In this document: positions 11,401 to 23,400 of the stretch, one piece after another
Position numbering within the stretch: the first letter of the stretch is position 1
Layout of the letters: each line of letters begins with the position of its first letter
NCBI GenBank assembly: GCA_950097015.1
Contig: CATNEN010000028.1
Location: 806,001 to 870,000, forward strand
Direction of reading: 5' to 3'
Length of the DNA stretch: 64,000 bases
Source of the DNA: Macrostomum hystrix
Taxonomy: Eukaryota > Animalia > Platyhelminthes
Notes under the pieces: generated by a model
Databases searched by the model: none
Seen by the model: the letters and a program-made list of their open reading frames with translations, nothing else
What the model was told of the DNA's origin: nothing
Program-made: the position numbers and the translations under genes

Positions 11401-14400
11401 GCGCAATCATCAAAGTTGTTCTCACAACGCAATCCATAAAAGCCGGTTAAGCCGCATTCGCACCTGTAGAATGTCTTGAAATCTGTGCAGCGACCGCCAT
11501 TCAGGCACGGGGATCCATCGCACTGATTGATCACCCGACAGGCGCTCTGGCTGCTGGCGCCCTCAGCCGCAGTAGCGAGTTCCTCTGGGCACACGTTGCA
11601 CGAGGACTGGCCAGTCATGTTCTGCCAGGTGTTTCGACGGCACGGCTGGCAAAGGTTTTCCGTAACATTGACTCCGTTGGACAATCCGAAATGGCCCGCT
11701 GGGCACAGGCTTGCGCACATCTCCGGGCTGGATGCACCAACGCTGGGAGTTGTGTCTCCAGGAGTAGGGCAGGCTGTGCACTCAGTCGAACCGTTCTTAT
11801 TGTTGTAGTAGCCTCGCATGCACGGTTGGCAGGGCTCTAATCCCGTTTCCGAGTAGAAGCCCGCCATGCACAAGGGCCTGCACATTGCAGCTGACATGGC
11901 GCCACTCCTGTGTGTGCCGGTTCCACTCGGGCACCTTTCGCACATTGAGTCCTTCCCGGGCTTATCCTGATAGTAGTTTTGTGGGCAAACAACACAGCGG
12001 TCGTTGAGCTGGTAGCTTCCGAGCGGACAAAGCACTGAAATCATATAGAAAAAAGTAGAGTCGTGAATGAGCAGAGGAAACTCAAGTGGAAGTAAAAACT
12101 TCAAATATATTCATTAACTCACGGCAGATCTGTACTGTGCTGCTTATGTTGACCGAGACACTGCCTGGTGGGCAGCGGTACACAGCCTGCACTGCCTGCT
12201 GGATAGCCGGCCCACTAGTTGTATTGCAACTCGACACTGTGCTGTTGATCGCCACGTTGAGGCCGCCGATGGCTCGGGCCGCAGTGGCCAAGCAGGCAAC
12301 AATGGAACCGTAGTTAACAGACGTGGAATTGAATTCCAGCACCAATGAGAAGTTGATTGAGGCCTAGAACAACAGTTTACTAAGTTTAAATAAGCTGCGA
12401 GGACTGGTGTTCTGGTGTAAAAATATTAGCAAGAGTAATCACGGCTGTCCATTTCAACAATTAGGATATTACCAAGGTGTCACTTTTGGTTACCTTTAAT
12501 TACTGAAACTTACTTCTGTGATGTTGACAATTTTAAGCATCAGCCTGTTTGTGCTAGTGAAGCCACAGGGCACGTCCTTCAGTAGGGACTGGTCAAGGCT
12601 AAAGCTTCCCTTTTCGATAGTGGTGCAGTTATTGACAGCAGGTCGATAAGTGGCGCTGAAGTCTAGAGCTAGTGAACCCATAACAGCTGAAAATGATCGA
12701 TAGAGGAGTCAGTTTGGTACTGCTTGTACACACACTATAAGCAATACGCAATATTCATCAGACAAAGTACATACGTGAGCACTCTGGAACCTCGAAAATT
12801 TTGTTGCTCTCGTACTCCCACGAAGAGTTGCCTGAGCAGGTCACATTGATTTTGTCGATGCCAGTAAGGGCAGACATAAAGCCGGCAGGACAGCTCACAG
12901 TGCAGTCGGTTCGAAGCGGGGTAGCAGAGCACACTGATGTGTACCTGGTTGAGTTGCGCACGGGTACCGTCAGGCTGTTGCAACTTCGAGCTAAATTTTA
13001 AAATAAAAAAATATATTTTCACTTCTGAAACATCGATCGAGAGGAAATTTAAGAGTTATTTTTTCCTGACTTACAGCGAACTGAGAAGATGAAGTTGCAG
13101 CTAGCGGTGTTGTTAGACTTATCTGTGACCACAAACTGCACCAAATAATTGGTTCCAAATTTCACGATGTCGTTCGGCTTCACACCACGATATTCGGCAG
13201 AAGCAATGCCTCCAAAGTCACTGTACATAATATTTGGTAGTACGGCCGTGACATTCTCAGTCACAGTGACCACGTACTGATACACCTCGCCTGGCGGGCA
13301 CATCACCTTCGGTGGAGTTCTATCGACCAGCTCAACTTGAACAATACAATTTGCTTTATTTCCAGCAGCGTCACTGGCGGTGTAGTTGACAAGTACATTG
13401 CTAGTCAGTGGTTTGAAGCGACTGAAGCTGCTTGGCTGCACTGCAACGGTTGGATCTTGACCAGAGTTATCAGAAACGCTGGGCTGGGTTAGGGACTCGG
13501 GTGGCATTACAGTCGGCCCCAGCTCGAGTTGCACAAGCGCGGGACAGTAGCCAAACTGCGGTGGTGCTATGTCATCGCAGACTGGCGGTGGCGATGTCCA
13601 CTTGCCGCTTGAAACCGTCATCACGGCGGATGATATGTTGGTAGCCAAGACAGTTGTGAAACCGGTCGTAGTAAAGGCTTTTTGTAGCATAAGCAGCATA
13701 GAAGACTCTGCGTTGCTGCTCATGTTAATGGAAATTTGTGACAACGTGTTGGAGAGGCTCAGTGGTGCTGATGCAGGCGTGTCGCGGCGTTTGCGCCTCA
13801 ATGCTGCGAAATGATAATATATAAAACTTTTAGAGGGTGCTATTTTGAGTGAATGGGTACCCGTGATTAGTTTTACTTCATGCTTTTGTGATTATCCAAC
13901 TTACTGTTTGAACAGCAGTACGGCGATGAGCTAGTGCTGGTGGTACCGCTTGGACAGCTGGCTGTTACAACTGGTAGGTTGAAGTTTTTAGCGACGTAGT
14001 TGTTGGTCGCTGCGCATGGAATAGTAAGCCTAGTATGATCAAATGCCAGCTGCAAGGCAGTCACAGCATTTGAAGTGTTCAGAGCCGCCACAATTCTATT
14101 CATGGCATCGCACGAGTCAGTTGAAGGTGTAAATCTGTATGTGATTGTGCCTCCTGAAACGGATGTTAGTGCGTTGATGCGAACTGAGACCGACAGTCCG
14201 CGCAAAATATTTGCTAGCTGGGCGGACGCGTTGTGGCCGAACGTGTAGACCGTATCGTTCAGACAGGTAAGAGTATTGTTTGACGCACTGAACTCCCCGG
14301 CATATGACAAGGTCACTCCGCTTGGCGTCGAGCTGGGGATCGTGGGGGTCGGTGGAAGCGGTGCGTAGGCAATGGGCTGAGAGCACAGCAGCTGCGAACA

Positions 14401-17400
14401 GCAAAGACTAGACCAGGTTCCGGTCACTGATGTGCTTCCACAGGCGCTTGCAATTGAAGTTGTTGCCGGATTGATGAGACAGCTGGCCAGCGGAATATTT
14501 CTCAGCAGCAGCGTCGAATTGGCAATCGTCCGAAGCAATACGCCAACACACTCACTCAATGGGGCTGTCAGAGTATAGAGGATTCTTAGCTCACCCTGGG
14601 ACTAAAAAGAGACAAAAATATTTATATTAATAAGCATGCAGTCGCTGTGAGAACATTGTGTACGATTCAACTACTTGTAAGTGTTTATATCAAGGAGAAA
14701 AAATGGCTTACCGTCGCGGAATTAATGGACAGGAAGAGTCGTACGCCAGACATCGAGCAGCCCAATGCAGGAAGCCAGGAGGTGGAATTTAGTTGATTAA
14801 TCAAATTATTGACAATACATTCTGCGGCTTTGCCCCATTCGAATCTGTGTGTTGAAACAATTAAAACCTGACCTCTAGCCGGTGAAGCGACAGCCGAGTA
14901 GAAACTTGATTGGACTGACTGCAGAGTGATGCGAATCGTGCCTGGAGCCGTAACTGAAAATGTGAACCTGAGAGCGATTCCTTGGGCTGTTGAGTCCCCA
15001 GCCATGGACAATCTGGTCATTGTGCCATCTGTCGTGGCAGATGCCCTTATATTAGTAAATGTGGTACCGTCGTCACTCTTGAGCACTGTGTCAATGGATC
15101 GGACGACTGGCGAATAGAGCGTTAGTTCAATGAACCTCTGAGACATAGTGAACCGGAGTGTGATGACGTAGTTGCCTATCTTTGTCACGCTGATTCCGCT
15201 GCTTAGTAATGATCCATTCAGTCCTGATAACGAAGCGCCTGATGGATCAGTGCCTTCTGCTCCCTGTAAATCGACAGCAGCAGCTAAGGTTCCGTTTATT
15301 GCTGCTGGAGGCGCTTCTGTACTTGTCGCTGGCGTTGTCATTGGGGGGGCTGCCATGCTAACTGTTGGCATTGGCGACAGTGGCGGAGAAACTGTTGAAT
15401 AACTCGCCTCGACTGTTGGCCTCATTGTGACTGCCGGTGTGGGCATTTGAGTGGTCGGCGGTTCTGAAATGTATCAATTTGATCACGTTAGTGTCAAAGA
15501 CACTAGAATCCACAATCACTATGTTAATTTAGTTATAATTAAGAAGCTAGCTACTCGTAAGAAAGCAGCTTACCGTTTGAACAGCAAACTCTTCCTGTCT
15601 GTGTTGCACCGCCAATGCACTTGACTGACACAGCTGGCAGCCCAATGTTCGTCAGATTAAAGCTACCAGACACTGCGCACGGCTTGCCGGCCTTAATTTC
15701 ATTAAATACTGTCTCTAATAGTGCTACTGTTGATGGAGTGTTGAAGATAGCAACGACCTTCTCGCGATCAGAGCAAGACTCTGTGACGAGGGTAATGACA
15801 AACTTGAAAGCTTCTCCTGTGATGGTGGTCGCCACGTTGATTCGCATTCCCGCTGCTGTAGCAGACACCATGGATGCAAGTCGCATGGATACACTGGTAC
15901 TAAAGGCGTGAAGACTTTCATTTAGGCAAGTTAAATTCCTTAATGCCGAGTTGAAAATGCCTTCGAAGGTCAACGATAGGTCACCGTTTACGCTTGGCAC
16001 GATGATTATCTCTGCAAAGATTGAGGGAATTACAACCTGCCGATGAGTTTCATTTGTTCTGATTCGCTTTTTTCAGTTTGATTTCGTGGCTCACCATTCG
16101 TTGCTCTAGCGATCAGCACCATCTGCAGTGCTCCAGATTTTCTTTCAGGCAACTGAACCTCCAGAACTCCAGTCATGCCGATGCAAAGCCGGTCAGTGAG
16201 GTTGTAGGCTTGCTGAAATTCAAAGGAAATCTATCTTCAAACCTCATATGATTCTGCTTTGGTTGCTTAATTATTGAACTTACAGCATCATCATCCCTTG
16301 GCATTTCAACCAGCGACGCATTGAAGTCCTGGAAGCCTGACGCGTTTAAGCAGCTGAAATTCCTTAGCCGGATGCTGGAGAAGTCGCTTGAGTACATGAG
16401 ATGGTAAACCTGCAGCCGGACAGCTCGATTGAACACAAACCTAGCGCTGTAGTTGCCCGAAGCGCTTATGCTTATTCCGTTTGTGAGGTCGCTGACACTC
16501 ATCAAGGTAATGACTTCATCGCCCCGTCGGATCTGAGTGCCATTTAGGCCCAGTAGGGTGGCGTCCATGAAGACGTTTCCAGACATGTTCAACATCATGT
16601 CCATGCAAGCTGTATGATTAATTGTGGGGTTTATTAAATGATTTTTTATCATTAGTTGTTACCTTCATTTATTTTAAGAGCAATCATCTCTACATTGGCG
16701 TCAAATATGTACTAGCTTGCACAAGAAGGAAATTCTTCTGAAAACTGCTCACAGCGTACACCAAGAGCTCAGAGAAATAGAGAAATAGTAGAGCTTTCCC
16801 AAAATTACTTCGCTCTTTTATTTAAAAAGCTTTAGAAAACGAAGCAAAAAGTACGAAGCACTTACGCGGACCAACCATGGACGGCTGATACCAGGCAGGA
16901 CAGAGCAATTCAGGTGAGCTCACAGCCATGCTACTGCTAGGCGAGCCGCAGACACTGGCAAAAGTAGCGCTAACCGCTGGTCCAAGAATGCCTTTAATTC
17001 TGTCGGCAAAGGTGAAACTGGAAATTGTGTCCAAAACTTGTCGAGAGCAGTTTGATGGCAGTTTTACTTGGAACAGAGCCACAACGTCCACGTTGACAGA
17101 TGGATCCACACCGGAACGCTTTACGGAGACGCGAGTTCTGAATGTCAGGCTGTTGTTGCAAGTGCTATCTCCGTTTACGCCGAAGCTACTGAAACTGCTG
17201 CTAAGCAGGGCGGTTAGTCCCAGCTGAGATTCCAGCCTCGATACCAGATCAGCAGAGCTCAACAAGACGCTGCAGGCCCCGGTGGGTGTACTGGAAAGCT
17301 TCAGAGAGTTGGTTACGCGCAATAGTTGTGCGCCGCGATCTCGGATGCAGTTTGGCGCCCAGGTCGGACACGGGGTGATGTAGTTGCAGTAGTTCTGTGT

Positions 17401-20400
17401 GCAGCCGGATGTGCAGTTGAATCCCGCGCCTTCCTTGCTGCATGAGTTCTGGTCAATCATTCGCTGAGTGTCCAGTTCCGAGGAGCAGCCTTTGGTCACA
17501 GTCTGGCTTGTGGAGTTCGCGTACTGCCACTTCGAGAAGCAGGCTTCGCCGACGCTGCATGTCTGAACATCTGTGCAGTCGGCTGGATGTACGGTGTTAT
17601 TGCAACTGTGGCACTTGACTGGTTCTACAAAACATTGCGGTTACGTCGGATTTGCTTTAATGAAATCGTTTTTTATTTTGAGCTATTTAGAAAAGAAGCT
17701 CGCGTGAGCCTATTATTATTTTATTTTAAATTCTAATTACCAGTCAGGTTGGCGAAGAACTTTACAGTTACTGGCTGCTTTTCAGAGTTTCCGCGATAAT
17801 CGACTGTCACCCTGAAGTTGATGATGTACTGGGTGACTTTTCCAGTTGCCGTGGCATCAATGGCAATCTGAAAAGTATGCATTTTATTTCGTTAGTTTCG
17901 TAATTAACACAGCCCTTCCCTAAATTTTTTGTTTGTCAAACTCTAGCGCTTTTTTATAAAAGCTTGCATGCATACTTGTGGTTCACATATCTTACCATTG
18001 TTTGTGGTTTCTTGTTCTGTTCCCAGATCGTCACCCAGCTGCTATCAGCCAGCTGCACAGACAACCACAAGTTCTGCACATGGTTGATGTTCGGACCGTC
18101 TAGCATGATATTGAACAGTCGCAGTGCCATCTGGCTCAGGGCCGTCCTGAGCTGCAGCACATGGTATCCATGCGAGGTCATTGTGTAGCCAGTTGTGAGC
18201 AGTTCAAACATTCCGATTTGCCTGATCGGAGTCTGGCTGTTCTTGTCGCCATAGCTGATGGTTAGGACAGTTGGCTCAGGCTGGTTCGCGTACCAGCCAC
18301 GAATGCGATCCAGGCCATCAAGTAATGCTTCATCTGAAATGCGGATGTTTATAGTAGATTTTTCATAGTAAATTTGTATTCTCTTCTCTTTTTGTAATTT
18401 GAGTATGCTTACTTGGAACACAGATGCTCTGTGGTGTCAGTTGGAAGAAGCCAAACGGACAGCCGTCTTTCTTGTTGCTAAAGGACACTGCAGTCACTGA
18501 CGCCTTGACCGAGATTACTTTGACCTTTTGAACAACGATCACAATGGATTCTGCCGCAATCATGAGAAAGTTGGGATTTCCCAGGCGGCCCAAGGCATTC
18601 TGCGCACATGTGCCACTGTATGTCACCGCGAAACTGATGGAGATCTCAATCTAGATTAATTAAGGTTATTTGGAATCTTTATTTGAACAATTGAACCATA
18701 CAAGTGCCGAAAAAAGTAAGAAAAAGATAAGGAAATTATTTACCGTCTTTCCTTTAGCCTTTGCGTCAACCTTCATTCCGGCAGTTCTCAGAATATTTCC
18801 GTCTCCAGCACAGACATTCAGGCGGAGGCTGGCGGTAATGTTTGCCAGATAGGAGCTGAGATCACCAAAACCTGTCTGGTACTTGTTAGCATCATCTGTT
18901 GAGAGGCCGTCGGTTGAGACCGTGAAATCGAAGCTGAAATCCGACTCCACCTGACTGGAAGTGCCGCAAGAGTCCGACGCGAAAGTCGGGCAAGGAACAG
19001 TCAGGGCGTTGCAGCCCTGGCCGCGGCAGCACACGGTGCAGTCCGCGCCGTCACCAGTAGAAGTGCTGTTGCACTTGCTGCGCATAGCCATTGTGTTACA
19101 GAAGTTTTCAGTTGCGCAGCCCTTGCCCGTGATTTGCGCCTTGTTTCTTCGATCATCGGTCCAGGTAGTATAACAGACGTGCTAAAAAGTTAAATTTATT
19201 ACAGGTAATTAAGTTGTTATAGAAATTTTATAAGAGTGACCCAATTTAACTCCAATGACTGCAGGCGCTTACGGAGGGTGATGGACACTGAACCAAGGTA
19301 TCGCATGTGCTCTCGTCCCGGTTGTTGCCTCTGGAGTCGCACGTGTAGCACATCTTATTCAGCATTGGCACTGGCGGCATTGATCTTGCTAGAAAGTATT
19401 GGTAAAAGCAGTGGCAAGTGGCAGTCAGGAATGTAAATTGGAAACAGCGATTGAACTGTTAATATCAAATTTTGAGCTCTTACAATTTAGCCAAAACATA
19501 CGCCGAAGCAATTCTGATTGATTTGGGCTATGCCGTATATCTATGAATTATATGGCTAGAAGGATTCCATGCACTTACAAGGCTGGCTGCTAATAGCTAG
19601 TACCAGAGTCAAGGTTTCGTCAGTCATCAGTCCAGAGACGTTAAACGACAGCTGCAGGCCAAATGAGCTATTGTTCAAGCTGAACATAGCCTTTAAAATA
19701 AAAACGTGTGACGAAAGTTGTTTATCATACGATGATATAATGATGGTATTGGCATAGTAACGCAAATTGCTGCTAATTTATTTCTTTCTCACATAGACTG
19801 CTTCGCTGTTGTTGGATTTGGCCGCGATTGCCGTCAGGCTATCGCCTTGCCGCTCGGCAAAGACATACGCTGACAGCAGGCTGACCCTGGCGCGTCCGCT
19901 GACTGACCAGGACTGGAACTGGAGGAAATCAAACAGGGTGTACTGGCTGGCTGTCCTTAGCACCAGGATGTAGATTCCGTTGCTGCTCAGAACAAACTGC
20001 GGCGCCATCACTTTTGATAGCATTCTACCGGAGGGGTCCTTGAACTGGAAGCTGTCGGAGTCAATTATTGTCCGATTGCTGAGGGCATTGCGGAAGCCGT
20101 AGCCCATTGGAACCATGCAGACGCCGTCCTCCGTGCTGTTGGTGGCAAAGCCAGCGGGGCACATGGGCTCTTTGTAGACCAGCCTCGGTGGGTCGAACTG
20201 CAGAATTAGGCCACCACAACCTGGCACTGATATGCCAGGCAGCATCTTTGCCAGCTGCTCCTGAAGATCTAGACCCTTCAGCAGCGTTAGTAGACAGGTC
20301 GGCGGCGAGTAGGCGTTGTAGGAGACCGATATGCGCATGCGGACGGCGCCATTTGTGTTGCTAGAGTCGAACGCGACGATGACGCGGGTGTCTAGCGTGG

Positions 20401-23400
20401 CTCCGCCGCACACGAGGGCACCTTGTAGTCTAATCAGCATGTTCAACCCCTGTCGGAAGGCTGATTCCAACAAGCCGGAGCACGCACTGCTCAATGCTGG
20501 AGTTGAACGAGTGCCAACTGCGAACTCGATCACAAATCGACCCGTTGGCTCGGCGCAGCGCGGGTAGAAGGCCGGCGGGCAGACAGGCGTCCTGTAGGTG
20601 TTGCAGTAAGAGCTTCTGCAGTAGCTGGTGCAGGAGTCGTTGACCTGACCGCGTTGGCACTGGTTGCCTTCAGTAGATGGAGGCGCGGCTGAGCAGCCAG
20701 CGGTGAAGTTGAGGGTGTTGCCTGACGTGATAGCGAATCGACTTGTACAAACGCCCTTAATTTAGTGCAAAATATTTTAGGATTGAAATTTGTAAGGTGA
20801 AGAAAGATTGGTGGATTCAAAAAAGTATCGCATCGGCAAATATGTAATCTTACATTGCATTCCACAGTGCTGATGCAGTCATCTAGGTTTGAGACGCCTG
20901 TGCAATTGAAGCACCTAATGCTTGGTGGTCCAGCTGTTAATGAATAGTTTGGTTTTTCCCATTGTTTTAGCTTTATTCTTAGTTTTGTGCTTATGGAGAA
21001 TTACTTTGAAGGTACTTACGCCTGAAGTTAACACCAAGGATCACCGATAATGGCTTGCCAGCAGCCATTATTCCATCGGCTTCGATGACGATCCTCAAGC
21101 CAAAAGCTGGCGCGCGGTTCAAGAATATGGCGAGCTAAAAGAAAACCAAAGAGCCTCAATCTAGTAAAATCTAGCTATTTATCCATCTACTAAAAGCTGC
21201 TTATCCAGGCTTGACTTACCAGAGACGACATTTTGTATTCAGCTGACGTGATCACCTGCCTCTGTACTAGGGTCCACGAGCTGGCGTTGGTTGGATCGAC
21301 CAGGCTGTGAACTTCCACTGCATTGATCCATCCGTATCCTCTTCCGTAGACAAAGATGCTCTGCAGGAAGTTCTGACCACTGAACAGACCTGATGTAGTG
21401 AAAGCGTAGCGACCCGGTGCAGAGATAGCGAAGCCCTTTGATGCCAGATCTAGGCCAATCACAGTGGCCTTGGTAGAACCAAACTCGACAGCCAGTGACA
21501 GAGAGGCAGATGCCAAAATATTAAGTGTGGCATTTTTTCCAATAAAATTGGTGTAGAAATCCCCTGCAATCGTTTTCGAATTTTGTTGTTTATTTTTCGT
21601 TTTTTATAAAATAGAAGCCAAAGCTGCAGAAAACAACTTACTGTAGACGCACACTCCAAGATCTCTAAAAGGAATGGTCATGCCTGGGCACTCGTACTTG
21701 GTCTGCAGTTGGCTGTAGCCCACGAAGGTCAGGCCAGAGCATGTTTCAAGCAACCCGTCACGCAGAGTGTTCATGATGCTCGTCAGGTTGGCCTTCAGTT
21801 GACCCATTGTATCCAAGGCGCAGGTAGCGTTGAGTACGTCGTATTCGAAGGACATTGTCACTCGGCTGCTGATTTCCGATGCGCTGGGGTCGAAGCGAAC
21901 AGCTGGCTCGAATGTTAGAGATTTTATTCGGATTGCCGGGCACGCGCTCATCACCCACCGATTGAAGGGCAGGTCTGACAACGTCTTCAGGAACCTGTCG
22001 TTACGCAAGCGAAGACTGGACACACAGCTAAAAATGTCAAGTGGATTTATGCGGACAGTAATGTCCATGATCCAGTCAAGCGAGGCCTTTGACTGCCGAC
22101 AGCGTCCAGCTGCAGCTGCCCAGGCCGGGCAGGGCATGGAGTAGTAGTTGCCCATGTAGCGCTCGGAGCACTGGGTGCAGAAGCCGTTCTTCGGATCGCC
22201 GTTGCATTCATTTTTCCAAAGCTGATTGTTGCAGGCCTGCTTGTTCTGGCAGCTCTTGCTGACGCGCGGGCCTTGGCTGTTCTGGTTCTGCCAGCGGGTC
22301 ATGCAGACTTCATTGTCGTCGCATTCTTCTTCACCCTGGCAGTCGCTTTCTTCTTTGGTCCATCCGCAGGAGGAGCACTTGAGCTTTTCTTCTGGCGTTG
22401 GCAGCTCGGGCACTGAGTTAGTGAGTCGTTATAATTTTATAAGCGATTGTAAATAAGAAAACTATTTTTTTTAATTAAGAAGGAAAACTTGAAACGGCTA
22501 AAGCAGTTTAATTACCTAGGACACCACCCCCATCGGAGTAGTATTGCACCCGCATTCGCAGCATGCCCTTTAACGATGCAGACAAGCCGGGAGAAGACAG
22601 ACGAATTCGGAAGCCAAAGGCCAGCACAGGCATCTTCAGATTCAGTTTGATCTGGTCCGAGCGCTCGCTGGAGGAGTTGAGCTCCACCGTGAACAGGCTA
22701 GACATAGACTCGGTGAGCATGAACTGAAGCTCAGCAACGCTGACCAGCTTGGGGCTTTCGATGATAAGTAGGAAAGAGCTGATCGAGACCGATCGCACAG
22801 TTCGAACAGTGATTATGGATGTAGTGTTGAACAGTTCGAATGATCCATTGACTAGGCTAGTCACATTCTTTCCTCTCACAACAGTGGCATCAGTGTTGGA
22901 CGCGTTGTAAGATTCGTAACTCCTATAGGAGAAGCCACCGAATTCGCTTGGTGCGAGCTCGTCATTAGCCAGCAGGTTCAACTTCGAGTCCAGGAATTCG
23001 GTTTCGTTGGTCTTGCAGGCGTCGTTCATGGCCGTTTGCCAGAGAGTGTTGTCCTCCGCGGTGAGCATCGTGACGCAGTTTCGCTCAAATTCGCTGCGCA
23101 GTAGGCTGGAAAAGGAAACAAAATCGTAGCGGAAACTTTAATTCGGAGCGAGTTAAAGGTCGCTTAATAATAATAATAATAATTGCAGGAGGGCTGCGGG
23201 CAATGACACATAGTTTGGTGACACTAGACCCGCAGCCAGCGAGGAGGCAATTCTGCCCATTTCGCTGACTCCTGAGCACACACGCACACAGATACCGTAC
23301 GCAGGCATACGCTCACACAGCTGTGTACATCTGCCCTGACTTTCTCATCGTCAGGCAGTGTACACTCGAACTGTGCCTTGGAGGTTGGCCCTCAAGGGCG

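Noticed and set aside
14595-14601. 7-nt microexon (TCCCAGG|gtgag), and similar apparent microexons near 12475-12495 and 8590-8598
   Set aside because: Reading through (or skipping, for 12475-12495) keeps the frame and gives sensible domain sequence; the implied introns would be too short.
23240-23365. Hammerhead ribozyme in the SINE (CTGACGA..GAAA; CTCAGGAG-TCAG-CGAAA), by analogy to schistosome Sm-alpha
   Set aside because: The first motif has no stem II. The second has C in place of the essential G5, and stems I and III do not close correctly around a UH site.
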